From: Camelus ferus
Taxonomy: Eukaryota
NCBI RefSeq assembly: GCF_009834535.1
Contig: NC_045697.1
Span: 72,666,001-72,730,000 of the forward strand
Length of the DNA: 64,000 nucleotides
Reading direction: 5' to 3'
Shown: positions 13,401-26,159 of the stretch, piece after piece
How positions within the stretch are numbered: position 1 is the first letter of the stretch
Layout: each line of letters starts with the position of its first letter
Position numbers and translations under genes: made by a program
Notes under the pieces: generated by a model
Database searches by the model: none
Told to the model about the DNA's origin: nothing
What the model saw: only the letters and a program-made list of their open reading frames with translations

Positions 13401-13642
13401 ATAGCCACATTATTTTTTTGTATTTTGAAGGTTCAAGCATTATTCAAGTAGTAGGCTGTCTCATATCCAGGGAAAGCCTGGACTACTGACTACAGCCTTG
13501 CTAAGTGCCATTTCTTCTAAGAAGGCTTCCTCATAAGCCCAGGCAGAAAGAGTCTTGCTGTCTTTTAAAAATTTCTAGTACTGTGTGTGTCCTGGTCATT
13601 GAACACAAGATACACTTCTTTGGATTCAATGTGCATTCACAC

Positions 13643-13787
13643 CTCTCTATTACATTTTTAGCTCCTAAGGCAGAATTGGTGTTTTGCTCATATTTGTTTC
13701 CTTCAAAATACTTCGCACAATACCTCATTTCAACTTTTTCCATCAGAAGCTTCTTGCTTTTAATACTCTGACCTGGTACTCTTAAGA
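13643..13787 (-). pseudogene. Candidate pseudo-exon (145 nt, open, phase 1->2)
   Basis: cccttgccttgtccttag|...gag|gtgtga; LRVPGQSIKSKKLLMEKVEMRYCAKYFEGNKYEQNTNSALGAKNVIE (inside track ORF 13531..13797). Confidence 0.43.
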
Positions 13788-14519
13788 CTAAGGACAAGGC
13801 AAGGGACTATTTATTAACATTTTGCTTATGTTGGTAAACTTGCTTCTAACACTAATAAGAGTTCCCAATTTTGAAACCACTTTACATGGACAAAAGAACT
13901 GAATATATGAGTAAGTCATACTTTATGAAAAAAAAAGTTTCTTTCTTTCTTTTCTTTTTTCTTTTTTAAAGAAGCTAACCTCACAACAGCAGGGAGATAA
14001 ATTATTCATGCCTCCTCAAATATAACCAGTTGTCGCTGTCACTAGGATGGTCCAGTCTCTACCTGGATGATAATCCAGCATTTTTAGCATGATTTGTGCC
14101 ACCATCCTTCCATGCAGTCTCTAAGATACAGAGCAGCAAGAAGAATGATAAATTTGAAGTGGTATTGAGATGATTATCTCCCTAAACGGTATTGGTATCG
14201 TTGTTTCCCTTGTTCTGAAGTCTCTTGCTGTTTACCTGCTTCCTGCCTTAACAGTTACTCCCGAACTATTATTTATCATCAGTCCCTTCCTCCAGGCGAA
14301 CTCCTCTTTCCTCATTACTCATTACTTCAGCCTTTTTGCTCTATTTCAGCAAAGTCACTTGCTGGCTCCTCAGCATGAGGTGTGTACTTTGCTTCTGGTC
14401 CTTCATATGCATCTTATTAAAGGTCTAGAACCTTCTCTTTTTACCTCCCTGGGTGAAAAGGAAATGGGTGTTTCTCTGAGGTTTTGAGCAAGAATCTCAG
14501 GAGAATGGGAAAATGCTAC

Positions 14520-15300
14520 TTAATTAAGGCATGTTTCCCTAATTTTGGATTTGTGTTCTTGAATTTTGGAACCTGTAGGTAGTATTTCAGATTCTTCCTT
14601 AAAGTTTTAAAAAATATTCCTAACAGGGTTTATTAGTTTAGGCTATTGCATATTTTGGATCTTGATTATGCTCTCAAACATATCCATTGCTTTTCCAATT
14701 TCTGTTTATTTGTAAATTTTCTAATCAGATAGTCAAATTTTCCTTCCGAATGTTGGTGAACGCATCAAAATAGACAATTTATTATACATTGAATTTTCTC
14801 TATTAACTAACACTCTTTATTATCATTATTCATCTAGCTAATAATTCACTCACTTGTAATATTATCCATATCACATTTCTCCATTGAATCAGTATGTACA
14901 TCAGTTAAAAGTTTCAAAGGTCTTGCTGAAACCCCAATGAAACATGTTATGCTACCCTGGTTGTCAAGAAAGGATATTAGGTTAACTTGTATGGCTTTTG
15001 TTTTGTAAGACCAGGCTGGCTCTTGGTTATTAACACTTATAAATGATCACACACTGTACTAATGATTTGTTCATTTTTTTTGCCAGCAGTTGAAATAAAC
15101 TTTATAAACCTGTAGCTTCTAGAAAATGTATTTGGAAAATGGAACAGTGGCTTGCTAATCTCCAGTCTTCTGTTATTCTTCTTTATTCACCACAATGTCT
15201 CAAATGCTGACATTTGTCTTGCATTGCACTTGCAAATCCTTTTAGTATTCAGGGATGAAATTTACCCTGGTTAGATCCACGTGAACTTAAAGCAAGCAAA
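14520..15300 (-). mobile_element. L3/CR1 RT-region remnant
   Basis: Minus strand gives decayed EDWRLA, SQPG (SQHGF) and FSKTFE (DFSKAFD) motifs in the expected order. Confidence 0.7.
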
Positions 15301-15914
15301 AAAACTAACTAACCTGATGGAAGCTCTTCAACTCTCATGTCACCAATTTTTTATTTCAATCCTATTTTTTTTTATCATGTAAGCATTAAACTTTCTCTCT
15401 GTTAGACTCAACAGTAGTCTGTAAGTTAAGATGAAAAATTGGATGCTAGCTAACATCCGTAGTGAGGGGAAGGGTAGCTAGCAAATTCATGAACTATGTT
15501 TGTCTAGCTCTGAATTTGAAATTCTAATTATTTAAAGACCCTTTTACTTACAAGGTTACTGAAAACATAGAAATAACTTTGTTTTTAACAGGGGCACTTT
15601 ATTAAAACTCACACTTCTATGAAATGTTGTCTTAGATTTGTTGAAGAGCTAAATAGGAGCTTCATGGTGACCTACTTCTTCTCTCATAGACATGAGAAAA
15701 TAGTGAGTGAGAGGGGGTATCGGTCTGGTCTAAAACTCACCTGACACCAACTCACTCTCTCTTTGCTACAGTATGCTTGTGACTTTATGTGAGGAATTAA
15801 TAAGTGGATAGAAATAATAGCAAGCTAATTATCATTATCATATACATTGATTACATTATCATGTAATTGTATTTCTCAAATAGGTGTGGAATAAACTTTG
15901 GAATTCTTGTATTT

Positions 15915-17400
15915 TTTATTATTTAAAAATTATTTACTTATTTATTTTACCTTTTGACCCCCTTTATCCATTTCTCCCATTCCCACCCCCCACCTCTGGC
16001 AACCACTAATCTGTTCTCTATTGATGGAGGGTTTTTAAAAATGATTTTACATAGAAGAGATTGTACTGTATTTGTCTTTGACTTACTTCACTTATCATGA
16101 TGCTCTCAAGGTCCCTCCATATTGTTGCAAATGACAAAATTTCATTCTTTTTTATGTCTAAATAATATTTCATATATATATATATATATACCACATGTTT
16201 TTAACTTATTCATCTGTGAATGAACACATAGATTGCTTTCACATCTTGGCTCTCGTAAATAATGCTGTAATGTACATAAAGGTGCATATATCTTTTACAG
16301 TTAATGTTTTTATTATATTCAGATAAATACCCAGAAGTGGAATTGCTGAATCATATGACAAATCTATGTTTAATTTTGGGCGGACCCTCCATACTGTTTT
16401 CCATAATGACTGTACCAATTTACATTCCCGCCAGAAATGCAAACAAAAAGTGTTCCCTTTTTCTCCACACCTTTGCCAACACTTGTTATTTTTTGTCTTT
16501 TTGATAATAGCCATTCTAACAGGTGTGATGTGATGTCTCACTGGATTTTGATTTGCATTTCCCTGATAATTAAGAATGTTGAGCACCTTTGCATGTACCT
16601 GTTGGTCATCTGTATATCGTCTTTGGAAACATGTCTATTCAAAGTCTCTGCCCATTTTTTAATTAGATTGTTTGATTTTTTCTCTTTTGCTATTGAGTTG
16701 TATGAGTTCTTTATGTATTTTGGATATGAACCCCTTATCAGATATATGATTTGCAAATATTTCCTAACAGTCAATAGGTTGCTTTTTCATTTTGTTGATG
16801 GATTTCTTTGATGTGCAGAAGATTTTTAGTTTTACATAGTCCCTCTTGTTTATTTTTGCTTTTGTTGTCTTTACTTTTGGTGTCAGATCCAAAAAGTCAT
16901 CACCAAGACCTATGTCAAGGAAGGTTACCGCCTATATTTTCTTCTAGGAGTTTTCTGGTGTCAGGTCTTACATTCAAGCCTTTAATACATTTTGAGTTAA
17001 TTTGTTTCTGATGTAAGGTAGTAGTCTAGTTTCATTTTTTGCATATGGCTGTCTGGTTTTCACAACACTGTTTCTTAAAAAGATCTTCTGTTTCCTATTG
17101 TATATTTTGACCCCTTTGTTGTAAATTAATTGACCGTATTTGTGGGGTTTATTTCTGGGCTCTCTATTCCATTCCATTGATCTATATGTCTGTTTTTATG
17201 CCAACGTCATGCTGTTTTATTTACTACATCTATATCTATATCTGTATCTATGTCTATATATCTATATATCTATATCTATATATTTTAAAATTTGCTATAG
17301 CTTTGTAATTGAGTTTGAAATCAGGGAGTATGATGCTTCTAGCTTTCTTGTTTCTCAAAATTGCTTTGTCTATTTGAGGCCTTTGTGTGTTTTTAGAAAG
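15915..17400 (-). mobile_element. 5'-truncated L1 (L1MA-like)
   Basis: ORF2 C-terminal peptide ([26 protein letters not shown]) and 3'UTR; (TATATC)n at 17228-17283. Confidence 0.92.
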
Positions 17401-18313
17401 TTTACTCTATATATTTTTATTTGAAGATTATTGTGCTTAAAACAAAGAAGAAAACAAACTGAGAGACCCGATTCTCTCTGTTATTTGTTAGTAATGTATT
17501 GTAGTGTAATAGATAGTCCCAAGTAGTGAGCTTCTTGCTTTTTTGTTTTGTTGTGACTGTATTTATTATCCCCTCACCTCTCAAACAACAAGCCCCAAAT
17601 TCCTACAAAAAACCAAGCCAAAATACACAGTAATAAACAAAACCAAATTAAAAATAATCTCCTTCAGTTGGAAAATCTGGTCCTGGGTGATGAAGGCCCA
17701 GGGAGCAGGGCTGCTTCTAAACCTGACTGCTGGGGTTCCCATGGCATTCAGCTATTTTTGTAATGTTTATCCTGCTTTTTTTTTTTTTTTAATGTTTATG
17801 CACCTTTAAACTGTACTTAGATGACTTTTATGTGTACTAATAATATTCTTCTTTTGTGGGTTAAGAATAAAACTGTACTGTCTCAAGAGCCCAGAACTAT
17901 AATGATAATAGCAAGCATTAGCAGAGAGATGTTCTCTCGGGTCTGTTTACCCAATATCAGTTTGATTTGATAATCTCACCATAGTATCATTTACAGATCC
18001 TAAAATTAACTGCTTCCTTTTTAATTGTACTTCTCAACATTTGACTCTGTTGCTTTCTTCTCAGTTCAACACGATAAAATTCCAAGTTTTATTTTTAAAG
18101 TCTTTCAACAGCAACACCTAAGGATTTTAGCATAAAGAAAAAAATATGTGCATGGGAAGGTTATATGATGCTATGCTCCTTCGTTTGTGTTATATTTATT
18201 GGGGTGTGTGTGTGTGTGTGTTCTAAGTTTGAGTATTTGGTCCAGTTAGTTGATTTTTGTAAACAGTGACCTTGATGTGGTAAGCAGTAGATTTGTGCAT
18301 TCATTCAACATAC

Positions 18314-18495
18314 TAAAACACAGGTGCTGAATAGGAGTACTTGGTCTTCCTCAATGATTCCACCTCTGATATACAATTTCCGGAAACTACATTTTTTCTT
18401 ATCAAACTGAACAATGAGGAACAATTTAATAATGTTTTCAACTGTAAGAAAATCTTTTAAGCAGAGCATAGTATTCGTTTATTGTTCATTTTATG
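18314..18495 (-). pseudogene. Candidate pseudo-exon (182 nt)
   Basis: Strong acceptor ttctttgtctttcttcag|, donor tta|gtatgt; stop-poor frames. Confidence 0.33.
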
Positions 18496-19364
18496 CTGAA
18501 GAAAGACAAAGAATTGGCATTGAACAATGCATAAAGGATTGAAATATATTTTGAGGAAAAATTCTCAACAATGAGGGTTATTAAATATTAGGAGGATATT
18601 CTGTTTTCAGGGAGTTCAGGTGAGGAGAGAGAAGGTAGAAGTGGGGTCATTGAGAGATAGTATTTGAAGTGGGAAAGTATATCCTATAATTTACAGAGGG
18701 GCTTTCCCAATAGAATATATTGAAAAAAGTTTAGATTATATTCCCTCTGGGAATTCAAGGAGGATAGTTATATTCCAAATGTGCAGGAATAGGCTAGGGA
18801 TAGAAATAGAAGTCGGGGTGGTAAGCCATCGGTGGGATGGAGACAGAAAACAGGGGACACATCTTTGAGTTCCTCTGTGTTCTGATGTAGAACTTTGAGG
18901 AATATGAGAATTATAAATCTGAACCTGTCTTTCCAGGTTTTAGGAAAGGTATATTTCTCAAGGTAGCAGGGTAGGGCATATTGTATTTAGAGGTTTGTAA
19001 GCTCCATGTATAATTTGTAAGCATCTACTTGTATGCTTTGTGGATGTCCATTTGTACTCTTATCCAGGTTCCACAATATGTTAGGGATGGGTCTGGTAAC
19101 ATCAATTCTTTTATTGTAATTTTCTTCTCTCTGTGTTAGAAACAGTATAAGGAAGCTGGACTTATGGTTGACATCGACAGTATAATCAAAGAATTTATTT
19201 GACCTTAGTTTATTTCAAGTTTGAGGAGAGATGTGAAGACTTCAGTCACTGACCTCAGAGGTAGGGGCAGCAGGAATCCAGAGTATTGGCACCTGGGGAA
19301 AGGAGGCACTGTCTACATGTGTGGATCTCTGGTTTCAGATTACTTCAGCATTTTTGGACCATGA

Positions 19365-19497
19365 TTGTGCCAGCTCAGGTCTTCCCAGAAACATATGCTA
19401 AGATTAAGTTAGAAGTGTAAGAGATTTATTGGAGAAATAGCCTGGTGAGGAAAAGGGGCACAGTAAGCAGGAGCAGGTGGGGAAAGCCTTCAGAAGA
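19365..19497 (-). mobile_element. LTR16-like fragment
   Basis: gtgtaagagatttattgg...ggggaaagccttcaga. Confidence 0.5.
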
Positions 19498-20105
19498 TGC
19501 TATTGTTTTGAAAGCACAAAATAGTTTCCCCAAGAAATTAACCCCCAACCCCTCCATCTCATTAGAAATGCAGTTGTTTATCAAAGCTTAACAGAGATTA
19601 GTACATGATTTTAAAATTCAATTTCAGTCTTTATTTTTCCAGGTATACTCAGAATCAACAGTTTAACTTGCCCTCAAATAGTCTTTTTAATGTTATTTTA
19701 TTGGTATTAGTTGCTGTGTTTCTATAAGTATATAAAATATAGTTTGTAGAGATTCTTTAATTTTCTGTAGGTGGCATCTATTTAAATATATTGGGAAATT
19801 AATTAATACAGTTGAATAGTTCTGAATTGAATATGACTACATTTAACAAATAGGTTTATTGCCTTAAGTATAAAGATATTGTGTGCTAAGGCCTTTTTCA
19901 TTTTGGGAAAGAGATTTACTTAATAGAGAAATATGTATTTATAATCACACCTTTCAGAATTTGGTAATCCTGGTGAAAATAGATAAGCTTATTTAGTTTG
20001 GTTCTGCTGCTTTTTTTTTTTTTTTGTCCTATTGTTTTTCTTTCTTTTTCTGTTTCTCCCCCTTGGTTATGTAAACCAATATTATATAAATGGTGTTTTA
20101 CTTAC

Positions 20106-20224
20106 ATTTTCCCAACCAGCACTTTGATATAAAGTGCCTATAGTATTCTTATTTAACAAGGTATTTCCATGTAATCATAATGTTAACTGTGTGGTCAAAA
20201 ACATATTAACTGACCTATGGTATT

Positions 20225-20260
<36 letters not shown>

Positions 20261-20394
20261 CTCTTAAGCTTCACTTTAAATGAACAATTCCTGCTTGTGG
20301 TGTTTAACTTACTTTTGAAGGTCAGTTCAAGAAATTGTTTCTCAGACTTCCCTGAGTTGCAACTTTAGGGACATTTTTGATATTGGCAACAATA
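20106..20394 (-). pseudogene. Pair of candidate pseudo-exons (20394-20313 and 20186-20106; 126-nt intron)
   Basis: Both donors are gtaagt; phase-0 join IVANIKNVPKVATQGSLRNNFLN*PSK|LTL*LHGNTLLNKNTIGTLYQSAGWEN, one TGA each. Confidence 0.43.
20230..20258. repeat. (CA)n microsatellite
   Basis: Seen directly. Confidence 0.95.
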
Positions 20395-21139
20395 CTTTTA
20401 TAGAGAAGGTAATGTAAAAATCAAGATGAAATAATACCAGTCATCAACAAAAATATGTGAAAGTTGTGGCCTTGAGAAATCGTTTTTGGGACTGGAACAT
20501 GCTTTGAAAACAAAACAGGCTACCATACTTTTAGATGTTGCAAGTAAGTGAAATAGAAAAATCAATTTGAATCTTTGGTTGCAAATTGATATGCTGTGTC
20601 TGTTTCCTAATGGATTATAAAAGAATATTTTTTCAGGAAGAACAACTCTTCAGATTTTTCAGAAAGAGCTCTGAGAAAGATTCTCTTGTTTTCATTTTTG
20701 CTATGAGTTTATAACAGCTGTAGGTGGCAAAGTGACCAAATAGTGCCTTAGGATTTACACAGAATTTAATCGCTGTTTGGCTCATAAATTCATGGTGTGG
20801 TAAAGCTATGCCTAGCTTGGAACACAATGATATTTGAGCTAAGTGTATATTACACAGAATGATTTCTTTTCTGCTCTTCCTAGCTGGGAGAGTGCACATA
20901 GTAAGAATTGTAATTTCCACTTTTCCGGTGGGGGAATCAAGACTGAGAGAGGTTGAAGTGATTTGCTAGGGATTGCAAATATCATATGCAGTTATGCCTG
21001 GAATGTTAACCCATCTTCTGATAGTTGTTTCTAACTATATTGAGTATGAAACTGTCTTGCTCAAAACAAAGCACTATAAAAATATTACATCATGTAATAT
21101 TTTTACCTTAGTCAACCTATACATAAATGTAAAATGTAT

Positions 21140-22880
21140 CATTAGTTTACTTAGCAAATATTTGTTGAATGCCTCCTATATTTCAGACACTGTTCTCATG
21201 CTCTATGTTCATCAGTGAACACAACTGGCACAAATTCCTGTTTTTGTAAACATTACATTGTAATTGGAGGAGATACATAACAAACCATAAAATAGTAAAT
21301 AACTATATAAGATGTTTGGAGTGATAACTGTTTTGGATAAAAATAGAACAAAGTAAAGGGAATTGGGAATCAAATGCAGGTTGGTCAGAGGTCACCCTAT
21401 TGATGAAGTGACATGTGAGCCAAGATTTAAAAGAAATGTGAGGGTGAGTCACGTGGCTGTGAGGGAGAAAAGCAGAGACAACAGCTAGTGCAAAACATAA
21501 TCAGATGCTGGTAGGAAATGCAAGAGGAGTGAATGAGAGGAGAGAATGGAAGATAAAGTAGAGGAGTGGCAGCAGGAATGAGAGAGGAAGGTGATGGACA
21601 GCCTTAGGGGTTCTTACAGTGACCAAGACTTTTTACTCTAAGGGAAACATGGAGGCACTGGAGGGTTTGAGCAGGTATGTGATGTGTTCTCACTTAGGAT
21701 GAAAGGAATACTCTGGTTGCTTATGTTGAGAACAGAGCATAGGGAGCACAGTTGGAAGCAGAAAGAGTCATTAGAATATTACTGCTACAATCCAGGTGAG
21801 AGATGCTAGTGGCAAGAATCCGGTTGGTAGCAGTGAAGGTGGAGAGAAGTGTCTAGATTTGAAATATGCCAGTGTTTTCAAGAGACAGCCAATAGGATTT
21901 CTGGATAGGTTAGATATGGGATGTGAGAGAAAGTGAGGTGTTAAGCATGACTCTTTCAATTTTGTCCTGAACTTCTGGAAGTATGGAGCTGCCATTAACT
22001 GCAATAGGGAAGATGCAGGTCAAACCAGTTTTAAGGGAAAGATCAGGAATTTCAGCTTGAGATGCTTCAACGATATACAGATGGAGATAGTGAGTAGTGT
22101 TTAGATATAACCTGTCCCAAGCTGGAAATATCAAATGGCATTGTATTTAAAAGCATGACACTGACTAAGGTGATCTAGGAATAAGTGTAGATTGAGAAAA
22201 GAATAGGACAAAGGGCTGAACCTTGAGCATTCTAATCTTTTGAAGTGAATTGAGGAGGTTGATAAGGAGGGATGAGCACAGAAGACTGAGAAGGAGTTGG
22301 CCAGTGAGGTAGAAGGAAACCTAGGGTGGTGTCTCAAAAGTCAAGTGAAAAAGTGTTTCCAGGAGGAGAGAGTGGTCTAAGACAAATGCTGCTGACAGGT
22401 CAGGTCACATGAGAGCATTGACTGCTGGATCAAGTAATGTGGGGGTCATTTGTAACTCAACAAAAGTAATTTTGGTGGAGTATTGTGGGCAATACTCTGA
22501 CTGCAGTAGATTTTATAGAGCATAGGAAGAGATTTATTGGAAACAGTAGGTATGGCCAACTTCAAGGAGATTTACTATAAAGAAATACAGAGAAATGCGT
22601 AGTTGCTGAAGGGTGAAGAGGGCACACAAAAGTTTTTTCATGTTTGTTTTAAGATAGGAGAAATAACATTTTGTATGTTGATTAGAATGATCCAAAATAG
22701 AAAAATTAGTGATACAGGAGAAAGAAGGGAGATTTTTTATGTTTTAATAAGTGAGAGGGGATGGGGTCTGGTGCACAAGTAGCTGGACTGCTGCTGGAAG
22801 GAGCACAGGTGGTTTATCTACCAGGAAGAAAGGCAGACAGACGTGAGGATGCAGGTGCTGGTAGGGTCTAGTGGTGAAAG
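21140..22880 (-). mobile_element. L2 (long fragment); MIR piece just upstream at ~20900-21040
   Basis: agcaaatatttgttgaatgcctcctat tail; aatccaggtgagagatg and ggagctgccattaactg L2 motifs. Confidence 0.85.
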
Positions 22881-23639
22881 GAAAAGCCTTCGGGTCCCGA
22901 CTATCTAAAACCCTACTCCCAGAATCTATTTGGCACATATTCTTGATGATACTTCTGGGTGGGGATTGAAATTTTCCCACTAGAACTCAGATGTGAAAAA
23001 ATGCGAAGGAAATGAAAAGTACTTATTTTAAATGGATCTTCTTGAGCCTCCCTCAGGCTGAAAGTGGGGGAAATGACCCAAGCACAGCATCTGTCTGTGG
23101 TTCTGGGTTCTCTTGGTTTATACTGTGGGCTTTTATATTAATCCCAAATGGTTCTTTGTGCCTCTGCTCCTGCTGTGTTCTCAGTATCACTGCATCCCAA
23201 CAGTGTATAGCATGGAAACTTCTAGTTCTCCATATGTGCTATGTGCAGACTACTGGGTTCTGGAGCTTGAACTCAGGCAAAACGGGTGCCCTAATTAGCT
23301 TAGAATAAGCTGCTAAACTGACCTCAGGATTTTCCTAGCAGGGTGGCTGAGAATATCCAGTAGAATTGTATAGCTTAAAGTCAAGGGTCAAATGATACTG
23401 GGTAGATGTAGGGTAGACCAAGGCATCAGTATTTTAAAAACCTCTTTAGGCATTTCTAAAGTACAACCAGAATTGAGAAACATTGTCTTTAAGACCAGCA
23501 GAATCTCTGAGGCTTAGCCCAGGGACAGCTTCTTAATTCCTACTATTTTTAAGGTCATCCACACTTACATGTTTCTGTACTTCCTATTCCAAGGTGTGGC
23601 CCCAAGGGTGAGTGTAAACGGGACCAAGCAATTAACTTT

Positions 23640-23779
23640 TTATTTTTTATTTTTTGGGAGGAGAAAGTAATTAGGTTTGTTTGTTTGTTTGTTTGTTTTT
23701 AATGGAGTTACTGGGGATTGACTCCAGGACCTCATGCATGCTAAGCACGCACTCTACTACTGAGCTATACTCTCCTCCC
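23640..23779 (-). mobile_element. tRNA-Ala-derived SINE (camelid vic-1 type)
   Basis: Minus strand: gagtatagctcagtagtagagtgcgtgcttagcatgcatgaggtcctggagtcaatccccagtaactcca + A-rich linker + cctaattac tail; TSD taactttt. Confidence 0.88.
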
Positions 23780-23956
23780 TAACTTTTTTTTTTATCAACT
23801 CTTCATCTCTTGGGGTGAGAGAGGGGAGGATTTCTATTTACTCTTCAATGAGGAGGTTCTCTTTTAGATCATATTTGTGATCTACAGGCACAAAGCTTCA
23901 CAGTTCAGCTATAGTGACAGAAGGAGTAACCCTGCTACACTGAGGAGCTAAGTACC

Positions 23957-23976
23957 TGTGCGCCTGCGCGCGCGTG

Positions 23977-24017
<41 letters not shown>
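23957..24017. repeat. (CG/TG)n-(CA)n compound microsatellite
   Basis: tgcgcgcgcgtgcgcgcgcacacaca... Confidence 0.95.
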
Positions 24018-24019
<2 letters not shown>

Positions 24020-24020
<1 letters not shown>

Positions 24021-24230
24021 CTCAGACTTTCTGATTTCAAATATTGGCTCCATCACCACTAGTGGTATAATCATGGTCGAATTAACTTAACCTTTGTACT
24101 TTATAGAGATAAACTCAGGGTTGTTGTGAAGATTAATATGAAAATACAATAAAGCTCTTAGAATAATACTTAGAACATGAGAATAGTCCCTGAAATACAG
24201 TAGACATTGACTGAATGTTAGCAATTATTT
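24020..24230 (+). mobile_element. MIR SINE
   Basis: ttcaaatattggctccatcaccactag...cagggttgttgtgaagattaa. Confidence 0.75.
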
Positions 24231-24509
24231 TTATATTTGCCTATAAATATCTATGCTGATATCTAAGGAAGATAGATACTAAGAAGAGAATCATTTTTTT
24301 CCTATGTGGGAGTTAAGTGAATTAGGTTCTAGGAGTGAAACACAATATTGGAGACCTAATAGATTCTGCTTAAGGAAAAGGAGATACATAGAGAGATTGG
24401 GAAAGACACAGAAAACTGGGAAAAGCCAAAACTAGACAGAAAAGAGGGCTTGCATGGGGTGATGTTTGAAAGGATGATGAGGTGGATGGGATACAAAGAA
24501 TAGTTAGTT

Positions 24510-25380
24510 GTATTAGGAATTTTATTCAACTACTGATAAAAAATTCAATAACAGGAACCTATGCAAAATAAGGATTTAAAAAAATCATATAGTGGATTTT
24601 AGGTATAGGTAGTTGTTGGAAGTGCTTTTGGTGTTCAAGGTGTCAGGGATGAAGTCTCTGTGACTTTTTGGCTTTCTGTGCTTGCCTTGAGATTACGAGA
24701 TGGCTGATCAACCCAGTATTGCAAAATTATAGGTACCTGCTTGGTCTGCTCTTCCTTTAAGGAATCTTTCATGAGGCCCTATGGTACAACTTTTGCTCAT
24801 ATCTTATCACCCAGAATAGCACCACATGGTTCCCAGATGCAGGGGTGCTTGCATAATTCAATTCTTAAAAATATGGGTTTCCTGCTAATGGAAAAGTTGA
24901 GAATTTACATCAGTTTGTCTAGATTCCTTCAACTACTTAATATTCATCCTTGCACACTCTCCCTGCCATATGTGGAACTCTCATCCTTCTTAAGAGAGAC
25001 AACTCCATGATCTTATTCAGCCACTGCATCCAGCTTCAAGTTGACAGTCCTCTTTATTGGATCCATACGTGGCTTTAACATTTATAGGATGTTCACTGTT
25101 CCATAAATGAAAGGACAAATTATCTGGTCTCAGCACCCTCAAATTCTATTGTTGAGAAATAACAAAATAACCACAATAAAACCACTCATAAAAGAGGAGA
25201 ATGGGAAATACATAGTAGTCACTGCCCATAACAATGACCAAATGATGTTGGACAGGAATATCAGGGACTTATTGACCTGGCTGAGGGTTAAGGTCCTTGG
25301 TTAGGTCCTCTGGCAGACTCTAGTTCAGATATCTGGTAGAAATTCTCTAGTCCACTGTCCTTCCTTACCTTCTGATGGTT
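24510..25380 (-). mobile_element. MaLR (MLT1) LTR plus internal fragment
   Basis: tgtattagg start, MLT1-like body, then MLT1-int-like sequence. Confidence 0.5.
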
Positions 25381-25437
25381 ATAACCTTTTTCCTAAATTA
25401 TACTATTACAAAGAGTATTCAATGAATATTCGTTCAA

Positions 25438-25438
<1 letters not shown>

Positions 25439-25493
<55 letters not shown>
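25439..25493. repeat. (TA)n microsatellite
   Basis: Seen directly. Confidence 0.95.
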
Positions 25494-25496
<3 letters not shown>

Positions 25497-26042
25497 TAAA
25501 TTCCTAGAAGTAAAAATTTGGAAGTTAACTGCATTGACATTTTAATAGGTATTTCCAAGTTTTTCTATAAAATAGTTTATATTTGATGTTAGAGAGCTCT
25601 TTTTAGTATAAAGAATTTTATAGTCCCATATATCACATGATTATACTTAAAGTTTGTGTTGCTTGTCATGGAGCTGTATCACTGCTTTTAAAAAGTTTGA
25701 ATTTTATTTCTCAATACAGCAGCAATCCCATATTTGAAAAAACATGTTTGTGCATTTATCATATGTGTACAGAATGACTTCATTGATTAATTATTGACAT
25801 ATATGACTTAGTTGACTGAAAAAGCTTGGCTTATGTACCTCAATGGTCTGCTGTGTACAGTCTGGGAATCATGACACCAGACCATGAGTTTAGCTGGCTA
25901 AAGGCTTATGCTTTGGCCCCCTATGGTATTTGGTACCAAGTTTTGCACATGGTTGGTCTTCTGGAAATACTGGTTGATTTATGAATTTTTCATGTTCGCT
26001 ATTTGTTGCTCCAAATTAAAGTTTTTCTCCTCTCAAACTCAC

Positions 26043-26159
26043 CATGGGAGAGAAAAGCAGATTTCCACAGCTTTCCTCTCCCCTTGCTGTCCCTAAAAGG
26101 AGGCTTTTGTGGTTTTCTAAGGATTATTTTTGTTCCTTTTGCTTTGGTGTCAACAACTA
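26043..26159 (-). pseudogene. Candidate exon (117 nt, symmetric phase 1, open)
   Basis: ttttttgtttgtttgtttcccag|tag (NAGNAG)...atg|gtgagt; VVDTKAKGTKIILRKPQKPPFRDSKGRGKLWKSAFLSH. Confidence 0.45.

Noticed and set aside
730..15300. The two minus-strand L3 remnants as one split element
   Set aside because: Both contain the DFSKAFD region, so they overlap in consensus coordinates and are separate copies.
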